This document shows positions 52,396-64,000 of a DNA stretch of 64,000 nucleotides, piece by piece. The notes under the pieces were generated by a model. That model was not told the DNA's origin. It ran no database searches and saw nothing but the letters and a program-made list of their open reading frames with translations. This DNA comes from Octopus sinensis. Taxonomy: Eukaryota. Position 1 is the first letter of the stretch. Each line of letters begins with the position of its first letter. The DNA is taken from positions 868,001 through 932,000 of the forward strand of contig NC_043026.1 of NCBI RefSeq assembly GCF_006345805.1, written 5' to 3'. The position numbers were made by a program, and so were the translations under genes.

Positions 52396-53669
52396 ATATA
52401 TTAAACATTATTTTCAAATGGAGTACACTTTCCAAGGAGAAAAAAACAATTAGCATTTTGCTACAAGTCCTTCAAGACTTTTAGCCAATCACGCTTTGCA
52501 ATGCAATAAAAGAAGGTTAATTTTGATTGGAAATTCTTTGAGAAGACCAAATATGAGTAATTAGCTAGTCTTTCTAATCACAATAATCAAGCTACAGAAT
52601 ATTATTGTGTTGGAGGAATTTTTTGAAAGACATACATTTCCCAATTAAAAGAATGTTTTTTAACTTGGGAAATACCTGTTCTGGCATTGTTATTCTACTT
52701 GTCACTGCCTCCATGTGGCCCATCCTTCGAACAGTGCTTTGTACATGTCACCAGCATGGGTGAAAGTTGTGCAACACTGGCATTGGCCACAATTATGATG
52801 TCACTTGGCTTGACAGGTCTTCCCATGCATGGCATATCACTCAACATTCAACAAATGCGTTTTACGTGCCACAACTACAAGAGCCATCAGCAGCTTGATG
52901 GTACCACTTGGTAGAAACGTTAGCACGCCGGGCGAAATGCGTAGCCGTATTTCGTCTGTCGTTACGTTGTGAGTTCAAATTCCGCCAAGGTCGACTTTGC
53001 CTTTCATCCTTTCGGGGTCGATAAATTAAGTACCAGTTACGCACTGGGGTCGATGTAATCGACTTAATACCTATGTCTGTCCTTGTTTGTCCCCTCTGTG
53101 TTTAGCCCCTTGTGGGTAATAAAGAAATAGGTACCACTTGTCAGTGGGAAAAGATAGACCCTTTAGGTTCAGCCTGACACTGTTTTGAATCCCAATATGG
53201 GTCTACCACTGTTTTGATAACTATCTGCCATTTGTGAGAACAGGAATGGTTTGAGAGTCATTCAATTGGCAAGTCTAGCAAAAAGGCCTATCCAGTAGAA
53301 GTTTCACTGAATTAATAGATGGCGCAGAGTTTGAAAGCCAGCTTTCCTGAAGACTTTGGAACTCAAGACATGTTGCCATCCTTTGATGTTCATCATAGCT
53401 CTAAGATGTCGCCTGATGAGGCACTGAGCCTTTTGATTTGTGTTTTGTAAAGTGTCCTTGTGCCCGCGTGGTGCAGAAACGTTGAGGTGATGATGCAAAC
53501 AGGCATACGATTCCTAAATTAACGAGGTTTTTGTAGCCAGGTGTAAATGTCGGATTTAGAAAAAAAGTTGCCAACCTTGTCGTTAGATAAGTTCGGGACC
53601 AATGGAAGAAAGTGGGTTTGGTCAGCATTGGGAGAACAACATCCTCTTGTGTTGTTGACTAGCCTTTAG

Positions 53670-53789
53670 GGGGAAGGGAGGAAGGAAGGAAGGAAGGAAG
53701 GAAGGAAGGAGGAGGAGAAGAAGAAGAGGAGGAGGAGGAGGAGGAGAGGAGAAGAAGAAGTAGAAGAAGAAGAGGAAGAAGAAGAAGTA

Positions 53790-53824
<35 letters not shown>

Positions 53825-53855
53825 AGAAGAGAAGAAGAAGAAGAAGAAGAATGAA
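53670..53855. repeat. (GGAA)n/(GAA)n purine tract
   Basis: Direct inspection. Confidence 0.95.
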
Positions 53856-54257
53856 CAAGAAGACAAGCTAGAAGAGAAAGATGACGAGCTAGTAGATAAA
53901 TAAAGAAGAAGAAGAGAAAGAAAATCGAGAAGGAATCATTATTATTATTATTGTGCATTCAAGATTCCGAAACAAAAAAATGTCAACAACATCAAGAAGA
54001 AGAAGAAGAACAAGAATGCATACAAATAAAACAAAAGTACAAAAATATGGAAAAAGCTAACAAAAAATCATACAAAAAAAAAATGAAACAGTAGTTCTGT
54101 ATGATGAAAGTTTAACGAACTTAATGTTAATTTAGATGGTTATGAATATTTCGTTATTGATGAGGAATACCATTCCTGGTGGATTTGTTGTTTGACGCTC
54201 ATTATTCATGAGGAAATCTTTGCACAGACCACACAGCAGAGAAGAGAATGGGATTTC

Positions 54258-54854
54258 GTAGTTAGTGTCTAAGGAAGATAATTCTGTCGAGCAATTAAAA
54301 TTTTTTGTTTTTTTTTCTTAATTTTTCTTTTCGTTTATTTTTGGTAATTTCATAGCACTGGAAACACAGATACAATGATATCAAAAATATTCAAAATAAA
54401 TACTGTGTTATTATCATTATTATTATTATTAAAAAATCATAGTTAAGGGAGACAATTCAGTCAAACAATTTTTTTCAGCTTTTTTTTTTTTAGGGGATGA
54501 GGTAAAATTTTGTAATGAAATAAAAAAAAATAAAAAAATAAAAATTAATTAAATAAACTGACATTCTAGTTAATGTCTAAGAAAGATAATTCTGTTGAGC
54601 AATTTTTCTTTTTTTTTATATCTATTACTATTTTTCTTAATTTTTCTAATGAACACATTGATATAATAATGTTAAAAATATTCAAAAATAGTGTAATTTT
54701 TATTATCGTTGTTGTTATTATAGTTAATGTTTAATTGAAACAATTCAGTGAAATAATTTTCTTTTTCTATTCTTTATTAGTGGAGTGAAGTTGGGATAGT
54801 TTTGTAATGAATGCAATAATATGAAGAAAAAAAAAAGATTTCAAAAATAAATAG

Positions 54855-54903
<49 letters not shown>

Positions 54904-55040
54904 ACAATCATAATCTAAGGGAGACAATTCTGTCGAACAATTTTTTCTTTTTCTTTCTTTTTTTTTTTTTAGGCCAGGACGGAATTTTGTAATAAATGCT
55001 AATAATATAATATATTTTTTAAAAAATATTCAGAACAAAT
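54258..55040. repeat. Old AT-rich tandem repeat, ~150-170-bp units
   Basis: TAAGGRAGAYAATTC(T/A)GT(C/T)RARCAATT recurs at about 54270, 54444, 54578, 54738 (degenerate) and 54915. Confidence 0.7.
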
Positions 55041-55425
55041 ATTTTAAATATAAAAGGTAAATAAACAAATAAGTAAATAAGTGATTAAATATCCATGGAT
55101 TCAACATCTTCTAACAATGAAGAAACAATGAAAAAAAGGGTCAGAGAGAGAGCACCAACCATTTGTGGCCGTTGCCAGCCTGCCCTGGCACATGTGCCGG
55201 TGGCACGTAAAATGCACCAACCGTTCGTGGCCGTTGCCAGCATACCCTGGTACATAAAAAGCACCGACTACGCTCACAGAGTGGTTGGCGTTAGGAAGGG
55301 CATCCAGCTGTAGAAACACTGCCAGATCAGACTGGAGCCTGGTGCAGCCTCCTGGATTCCCAGACCCCGGTCGAACTGTCCAACCCATGCTAGCATGGAG
55401 AACGGACGTTAAACGATGATGATGA

Positions 55426-55458
<33 letters not shown>

Positions 55459-55471
55459 TATTCATACATAC

Positions 55472-55681
55472 ACAGAGGATGTTCAAAAAGTCTGTCCACA
55501 GTAAGTATTATGTTGCAAAATAAATATTTATAAGATGGTATAAGACTACAAAAGAATATATTAGACTTTACAAGACTTCGAAAAACTTTATAAGAGGTGT
55601 TGAAAGTGTCGTCCTTCATTTTCAGTACATAGGTTGACTCTCTTAAAAGAATTCATTGCAGAGAGACTTTTTGAACAACAT
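55472..55681. mobile_element. Tc1/mariner-type MITE
   Basis: TIR-like TGTTCAAAAAGTCT / AGACTTTTTGAACA in TA-rich context. Confidence 0.6.
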
Positions 55682-56032
55682 ATATATATATATATATGTG
55701 AACCCCTTCGGTCATGGTACTGACCATGGGCTTTCACCTAGAAAGTTACCCTCCCAGGAACAAGTCTGGGCAAGGTTGTTTATGGAAGACCAGCAGTCGC
55801 CCATGCATACCGGCCTCCCCTCTCCACGCCACCAGTGTTATCCAAGGAAAAGGCAAAGGCCAATACAGCTTGGCACCTGTGACGTCGCAACTCATTTCTA
55901 CAGCTGAGTGAACTGGAGCAACATGAAATAAAGTTTCTTGCTCAAGAACACAACACGCAGCCCGGTCCGGGATTTGAGCTCACAAACTCACGATTGTAAG
56001 CTTGACGCTCTAACCACTGAGCCATGCACCTT

Positions 56033-56095
<63 letters not shown>

Positions 56096-56159
56096 TATAT
56101 ATATAAATATACGCCAAGGAAATATACGCCAAAGAAATATATATATATACATATATATA

Positions 56160-56468
56160 TATTTCTTTGTTCCTTCTGAAGCCATGCCTGGCTCATAAGG
56201 AGTGGTTTCTCAGTTTCCTTGGCATATAATTTCCCCACCTGAACGGGACGCCGGTCTGTCGTGGGTGAGCTGCAAGATGCAGAAGGAAAAAGTGAGGGAA
56301 AGTTGTGGTGAAAGAGTCCGCAGAAGTTCGCCATTACCTTCTGCCGGAACTGCGTGGAGCTTAGGTGTTTTGCTCATAAACACACACATCGCCCTGTCTG
56401 AGATTCGAACTCGCAATCCCTCTACTATGAGTCCGCTGCTCTAACCACTAGGTCATGTGCCTCTACAT
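56160..56468 (-). mobile_element. SINE family D
   Basis: Homologous to 14975-15282. Confidence 0.85.
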
Positions 56469-56949
56469 ATACATATATATATATATATACGAGTGAGTAG
56501 ACAAACAAAAGAAGGGCTCTCAACACATTTATTGGGAGTTACATGTAAAGATCAAAAGAGTTTGATTCAAACTCCCTGGTTCACCTGTTTCAGTCATTTG
56601 ACTGTGGCCATGTGGCCATGGTCTTAGTCGAACAAATTGACTCCACTAAGTTACGGGGATGTAAACACACAAACACCAGTTGTTGAACAGTAATGGGGGA
56701 AGGGGGGGCAAACACAGACACAAAGACACACAAACATGAATATACACAAATATATATATATATATGACAAGCTTCTTTCAGTTTCCATCTACCAAATCCA
56801 CTCACCAGGCTTTGGTTGGCCTGAGACCAAAGCAGAAGGCACTTGTCCGAGGTACCACAGAGTGAGACTGAACCCGAAACCATGTCGTTGGGAAGCAAGC
56901 ATCTTATCACCGAGGAGTTAGTATTTAATAAATATCAATAAAACCATTT

Positions 56950-57073
56950 AACATTATTTACATTATTTACATTCGACGGATATTTCTTTTCGTCTTGTTT
57001 GGACAAATATCCATCAGATGTAAACAACGTAAATAATGTACATAATTCCTCATCTCTTAAATGTAGAACTGTA
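56950..57073 (+). mobile_element. Penelope-like 3' end with inverted 5' duplication
   Basis: ACATTATTTACATTATTTACATTCGACGGATATTT pairs with AAATATCCATCAGATGTAAACAACGTAAATAATGT. Same family as 14240-14752. Confidence 0.6.
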
Positions 57074-57625
57074 AAACCATTTAACCATTGCAATATTCAT
57101 GAGAAGGTCCATTCGAGATTCTCTACAGGCAAAAGAAAATTCTGTCCTAAACATAAAATGGAAAAAAAAAATCTAAATACCAGGAATGGTTTTATATTTT
57201 GGCACAAAAACCAGCAATTTCAGAAAGGTGGGGGTAAGTCGATTACATCGTTCTCCCTCCAATCCCCACCCCCCAGGACTTGACAGGTACTTATTTCATT
57301 GACTCCAAAAGGACGAAAATTAAAGTTGGCCCCCTGCTGAATTTGAACTAAGAATGTAGACACGGTTGGGATGACACTAAGCATTTTGCCCAACGTGCTA
57401 ACAAGCTTGCCATCCAAATTTTATTGTTGATAATAATGAATTTAATAGGTTTTGTTGCATTTTGGGAAGGTCATTATGCAAATAATAAACACATGCACTG
57501 GTTTTATTTCACTTATTTTATTATTATTATTATTATTATTGTTAGTAGTAGTAGTAGTAGCAGCAGCAGCAGCAGCAGACGCAACAGCAGCAGTAGCAGC
57601 ATTAATAGTAGTAGTAGCTGTCGAG

Positions 57626-57902
57626 TAGTTAACTATTTAATCAATTATTAATTGATTGTTTGGTTAATCAGTCGATCAATCAGTTGACTACTTAGGTTTA
57701 TCAGAGACCTTTCAATGCCATTTCTGACCTCATCAATCACATCTCCTCTCTGACCAGAAGCAGAACTAGAGTAGATAGGGTGTGTCATTGATGAGTCAGA
57801 AATGGCAACAAAGGGACTTTGACAAACCTAGTTGATTGATTGATTGATTGACCGAATAATTAATCCAACAATTGATTAGTTACTTAGCTAGATGGTTAAC
57901 TA
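57626..57902. repeat. Long imperfect inverted repeat
   Basis: TGCCATTTCTGACCTCATCAAT pairs with ATTGATGAGTCAGAAATGGCA, and TAGGTTTATCAGAG pairs with CTTTGACAAACCTA. Confidence 0.85.
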
Positions 57903-57945
57903 GTTGAATAATAATTATAATAATAATAATAACAATAATAATAAT

Positions 57946-58530
57946 GCCATGATGTAGTACCAGGCAGTGGCTCTCGTGGCTTCTGATCTTAACTGATTGG
58001 AAGTGTTATCATGTACATTGTTTTGTCTTGGTATAAAAGATGGGCTACAGCAAATATTCTGCTCAATACCACAGATTTGCTTGTCAGTTGCTTGACCTTA
58101 ACCAGTTGAGCATGTCCCTTAGTGGCTGACGATATGTGCATCTCTGATCACGAGCAGAAGTAGTGGGGAAGCATCATAGCCATTTGTTGAGGGGGATTCT
58201 TTGGGGCTTGAATAATTCACCTCTGGAAACATGGGTGTTTTGTTCAACATCCTTAAATGACCCTTATTTAGAGAACTTTTGAGCGGGATGAGTTACTTGA
58301 CCAGAAGAAAATTGCAACTGGGCCCCACCTGCAAGGTCATGTGCTGTTTATCTTGGTATGAGATCACCATGTCGTGCACATATGGTTGTGATGCATGTGC
58401 CTAGTGTACCCTTATCAGATGAGTAGTCATGAAGCGTATACTGGGCTTTGTATATTTTACGCCATGTGTTTGGCGTTTGAGTAATTCATCTCTGGAAACA
58501 TGGGTGTTTTGTTCAAATTCCTTAAACAAC
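57946..58530. mobile_element. Second copy of the (TAA)n-flanked element
   Basis: Homologous to 38058-38608; begins right after (AAT)n; partial internal duplication at the end. Confidence 0.75.
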
Positions 58531-59539
58531 TCGGAACCATGTGGTTGGTGAGCAAGCTACTTACCACACAGCCACTCATATATATATATATATATAAACA
58601 AATAAATAAATAACTAAAGAGTCATACAACTGAAACCAAATGAATAATGAATTAGTTGAATGACAATATCTGTTTTTCCTGATGAAGGTGTTGTCAATGA
58701 AGTCGTGAAATATTAAGTTTTATCGCCATGGATATAACCAATAGTGAAATATTGAAAAATAGCCACGCAGTATATTTAAGTACAAGTGTATCTTGCATCT
58801 ATTAATATGTGTGCATGTGGTGGAAGAAGACTGGTGCATAATCGTGATAACCAAGAGCATCTGGATTTGATCCGGGCGACCTTTGGCAATATGCAGGGCT
58901 TGAGTAAAAGACCCATCAAGTCAAGTGAAATCGTAGATGTGGGAGATATTGGTGTTGCGTAACCGGCACCCATGCCAGTGGCATGCAAAAGGCATTTTTC
59001 AAGCATTGGGCATCACAGAGGCAATGTGACTGATGCCAGTGTTCATGGGACTCAAACTCACATCTCTTGTACGCAGGACAGATGTTCTACCACTGGACCA
59101 AAGTAAGAAACGCTAGCACGCCGGGCGAAATTCTTAGCGGTATTTCGTCTGCCGTTACGTTCTGAGTTCAAATTCCGCCAAGGTCGACTTTGCCTTTCAT
59201 CTTTTCGGGGTCGATTAAATAAGTACCAGTTACACACTGGAGTCGATATAATGGACTTAATCCCTTTGTCTGTCCTTGTTTGTCCTCTCTGTGTTTAGCC
59301 CCTTGTGGGTAGTAAAGAAATAGGTTTTAGAGACTTTCGGCACAAGGGCCAGTCAGACGGTTCTGACAACTACCTTTTGAGCGTGGTCGTTGCCAGAACC
59401 ACCTGACTGGCCCTCGTGCTGGTGGCACGTAAAAGCACTCACTACACTCTCGGAGTGGGTATGATATGAGAAGTTTTCCACTATTATTCCTAGAAGATTA
59501 AGCAACCATATAAACAGGCTCACTACTTGAGCTTGCCGT

Positions 59540-59928
59540 TGCTGTTGTTGTTGTTGCTGTTGAGCGAACGGTCTTCGTCTCAGAGCTCGCAAGATGGGAG
59601 AAGTCCGAAACGTGGTCCTTTGCTATTCGTAAGACCCGCAGAAGAGAAAGCAGGCAAACCCCCGACACCGAGAGCATCGACGGATGGATGAATGCGCATC
59701 CAGGCTCAGCGGTTGCGTAGGAAGTCGGGGACAAGAAACGGGAAAAAGATTGAGAGAAAGTTGGAGCGAAAGAGTACAACAGGGGTCGCCACCATCCCCT
59801 GCCGGAGCCTCGTGGAGCTTTATGTGTCTTCACTCAATAAACACTCACAACGCCCGGTCTGGGAATCAAAAATGCGTTCCTCCGACCTTGAGTCCGCTGC
59901 CCTAACCATTGGGCCATTGCACCTCCAC
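59540..59928 (-). mobile_element. tRNA-derived SINE (family D variant) with (CAA)n tail
   Basis: Minus head GTGGAGGTGCAATGGCCCAATGGTTAGGGCAGCGGACTC; (GTT)n on both sides. Confidence 0.8.
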
Positions 59929-60515
59929 TTGCTGTTGTTGTTGTTGTTGTTGTTGTCGTTGTTGAGATGGTAGTGCTCATGCTGTTGATGGTTCTGTGTT
60001 GCTTACGATGGTGGCATAGATGTTGGTTATAGTTATTAGTTGCGATGTTTACGATGGTGATGATGATGATGAGGATGACCATAGTGGTGTTGGTGGTGTT
60101 GTTGTTGGGGAGGATTGATAATGATGATGATTGTGATGGTGGTGGTGGTGGTGGTGGTGGTAGTGATGGTGGTAGTGGCAGTGGTTGTTGTCAACATTAA
60201 GTGTTTTTCATCAAACAACTTTTGCTTGACTAAAGGCGGTGCTCCAGCATGGCCGCAGTCAAATGACAAACAAGTAAAAGAGTAAAAGAGTAAAAAAGTA
60301 GGGGCTACCTACTACTACTACGACGACGACTAATGCTGATGTCAGAACATGGGTAGCTGGGTGGGGATTTGCTAAAACCAAAAACCAAAAAAAGAAAAAA
60401 AGAACCAAAAAAAACAAAATTAAGTAGCAATCAATATGGTGGAACCAATGAGCTCAACTACAGCCCCCCTCTTCATCCTCCTCCTCCTTTCCTCTTCCCT
60501 CCTTACAAACATGTA

Positions 60516-60546
<31 letters not shown>

Positions 60547-62669
60547 CCTTGTGCCAATATTAAGTAATCAACTAACAATAAGCTCCTTAATATGAGTCCA
60601 AGCCCACGTAATCCACAGCTGGGATCTATGTCGGCATTTTAATGTTATGCAAAACGTAAAGGTGGAGAGCTGGCAGAATCGTTAGCATGCTGGGCAAAAC
60701 GCTGCTTAGCTGTATTTTGTCGGTCTGTACGTTCTGGGTTCAAATTCCACCGAGGTCGACTTTGCCTTCCATCACTTTGGAACCGATAGATTAAGTACCA
60801 GTTGAGCACTGGTGTCAATGAGATCGACTTAACCCCTTCCCACAAAACTTCTGGCCTTGTGCCACTCCTTTGCCTATTCGGTAGATAAAAATGAAAGAAA
60901 AAAAAACGTTTTCAAGAGAAAAAGTTGAAGGTTGCTCAAGGGACATGCTGTTATTTATAGCTTGATATAAAGGTGCCAAGCTAGCAGAATCATTAAGAAG
61001 CCAGATAAAGTGCTTAACACCATTTTGTCTATCTTTACGTTCTGAGTTCAAATTCTGGCGAGGTCGACTTTGCCTTTCATCCTTTTAGGGTCGATTAAAT
61101 AAGCACCAATTGAACATTGGGGTCAATGTAATTGACTAAAGGCAGTGCTCCAGCATGGCCGCAGTCAAATGACTGAAACAAGTAAAAGAGTAATATTAAG
61201 ATGCTACTATTTATGAGATGGTATTTATTTGCCATTTATTTGATGTTTGTAAAAACAAAAACCCACCCCGAAAAATAAAAGAAAATGTAAAATTATAAAT
61301 GGACGGTTTTAATTTTAAATACCATACACTTTAAACGAAGTTTTGTATCAGAGGTAAAAAAAAAAAAAAAAAAAAACAACAAAAACAAAAAAAAAAGGTA
61401 GAAATGAAAAGAAGATTAATCTGAGTAGAGTTGGTATGTTGGTATATCAAAAGGAATAAGAAACAAATACAGAAACAAAGAAAACGAAACAAATGAGATG
61501 CAAACCAGTTACATCAGTCGAATCCAGTACGCTTTCAGCTTCTACCTGTCCTGACAAATTCATTTAGCGTCAGCTATTGAGTTCATACCAACACGATTTA
61601 TTACCACCACCACCACCACTACTACCACCACTGCCAGTCTCTGCATGATGTCTCTACATGATCATTCGATCTGCTAGAAATAGCAACCAAATTGCCTCCA
61701 ACTGTGACTAGGACCTTTTGGAAAAAAAAAAATAGATAACCACACTGAATGGTGATGTGGTTACGGATACTTCTGTGAAGGCACGTGGCTTAGTGGTTAG
61801 GGGTGTTTGGCTCACAATCGTAAGGTTGTGAGTTCAGTCCCTGGTGGTGTGTTGTGAGCTTGAGCAAGACACTTTATTTTATAGGAAAGGCATCCAGCTA
61901 AGGCGGCAAGCTGGCAGAACCGTTAGCACGCCGGGCGAAATGCCTAGCGGTATTTCGTCTGCCGTTACGTTCTGAGTTCAAATTCCGCCGAGGTCGACTT
62001 TGCCTTTCATCCTTTCGGGTTCGATTAAATAAGTACCAGTTACGCACTGGGGTTGATATAATCGACTTAATCCATTTGTCTGTCTTTGTTTGTCCTCTCT
62101 GTGTTTAGCCCCTTGTGGGTAGTAAAGAAATAGGAAAGGCATCCAGCTGTAGAAACCTTGCCAGATCAGATTGGAGCCTGGAGCCGCCTCCTGGCTTGCC
62201 AGTCTTCAGTCAAACCGTACAACCCATGCCGGCATGGAAAACGGATATTAAATGATGATGATGATGATGATCATCATCATCATCATCATCGTCATGGTGG
62301 TGGTGGTGGTGGTGCATAAGATAGATAGACAGACAGATAGATAGTTGAATGTTCAAGAAGTTTACTTTGCAATCATCCAGTTTGCAGGTTCAATCCCACA
62401 GCCCAGCACCTTGGGTAAATCTATTCGTATTACAGACTTAGCTAGCTTCACCCCTTATTTTTCAGGTTCCTCAGTCAAATGTAACGCTTATTTACTCACA
62501 TTGTTTCGAAGTAATCATGCATTATCTGATAGCTTCGAGATTTCCATGCTGCAATTGTTGATTTTTAGAGTGACATTCCCGCTGTGCTTGAGGAGACCTG
62601 TTGAGTCAAGTACATGAACACTCCGAACACCCCTCCCCACTGGTGCTCCCCTATATTTCTGCACCCCCC

Positions 62670-62964
62670 CCACATAAAAAGCACCATCCGAACGTGGCCG
62701 ATGCCAGCACCGCCCCGACTGGCTTCTGTGCAGGTGGCACATAAAAAGCACCAACCGACCGTGGCCGATGCCAGACCCCTCTGGCACCTGTGCAGGTGGC
62801 ACGTAAAAAAGCACCCACTACACTCGCGGAGTGGTTGGCGTTAGGAAGGGCATCCAGCTGTAGAAACACTGCCAGACCAGACTGGAGCCTGGGGCAGCCC
62901 CTGGCTCCCCAGACCCCGGTCGAAACCGTCCAACCCGTGCTAGCGCGGAAAACGGACGTTAAAC

Positions 62965-62997
<33 letters not shown>
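62670..62997 (+). mobile_element. RTE-tailed SINE
   Basis: Family body and (GAT)n tail. Confidence 0.8.
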
Positions 62998-62998
<1 letters not shown>

Positions 62999-63698
62999 GT
63001 AAGGTAGTTGTGAGATGTTGGATCTGGCCAGTTTCAACATAAAAGGGGCAGAATACTTTGGTTGGGTAGTGCTGGACCCTACCAGTGCAAGTGTCACTTA
63101 AAAAGCATCCAGTCCACACTGTAAAGGGGTTGACATTTGGAAGGTCATCCCACTGTAAAAACCACGTGAAGACTGACCTCACCTGTGATGGTGCCATGTA
63201 GAAAGCACTCTGACCACTCTGTGGGCTGGTAAGCTGGCAGAAACATTAGCACGCCGGGCGAAATGCGTAGCCGTATTTCGTCTGTCGTTACGTTGTGAGT
63301 TCAAATTCCGCCGAGGTCGACTTTACCTTTCATCCTTTCGGGGTCGATAAATTAAGTACCAGTTATGCACTGGAGTCGATGTAATCGACTTAATACCTAT
63401 GTCTGTCTTTGTTTGTCCCCTCTGTGTTTAGCCCCTTGTGGGTAGTAAAGAAATAGGTATTAGAAAGGGCATCCAACCGTAAAAACCATGCTGAAACAGA
63501 CGCAGAAGTCTGGTGCAGGTTTCTACCTGGCTGGCTCCTGTCAAACCGTCCAGCCCATGCCTGCATGGAAGGTGGAACTTAAATGATGATGAAGATGATG
63601 ATGATGATGATGATGGCTGGTTTAAATGCCAAAAGGTAAAACACTTGTAACTGAAAATGGCAGACAGAAACTGAGAAGAACTCCATTGTAAATTAATG

Positions 63699-63735
<37 letters not shown>

Positions 63736-63751
63736 CTGTGTATGTATGTAT

Positions 63752-63787
<36 letters not shown>

Positions 63788-64000
63788 CAGGCTTCTTTCA
63801 CTTTCCATTAACCAAATACATAAATACATTCACAAAACTTTGGGTCATTCTGGAGCTACTTTAGAAGACACTTATCTAAGATGCCACGCAGTGGGAATCG
63901 AACCCCAAAGCGACACAGCTGCAAAGCAAACTCCTTAAACCACACAGCCACGCTTGCATCACCATAAAGCGAGATAATTCAATAAATACACAACACAACA

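Noticed and set aside
53410-53435. CTGATGA-GGC...GCC motif
   Set aside because: No GAAA or stem III follows.
58675-58720. CTGATGA...GAAA hammerhead-like motif
   Set aside because: Stems I and II do not pair convincingly; at most a decayed remnant.

Overview
This is a repeat-saturated eukaryotic window, inferred to be octopus/coleoid cephalopod from its SINE families, RTE and R4/Dong LINE fragments and very high (TA)n/(GAT)n/(CA)n microsatellite density. Nearly all ORFs in the track are microsatellite or SINE artefacts. The only convincing host coding sequence is one 167-bp minus-strand internal exon (33017-33183) of a CAMK-group, AMPK-related (HUNK-like) Ser/Thr kinase with canonical splice sites. 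I found no neighbouring exon, so the window is probably two very long introns. The rest is RTE, R4/Dong, CR1/L2, Tc1, mariner, DD41D, hAT and Helitron remnants, four SINE-type families (some in tandem arrays) and a 100-N gap. The most interesting signal is a set of minimal type I hammerhead ribozymes in short Penelope-like elements, most of them inserted in (TA)n tracts. The four best-preserved copies are on the kinase sense strand. Related copies form snap-back palindromes, and one folds back almost exactly at the homologous ribozyme cleavage site. Repeat boundaries were read by eye and are approximate.
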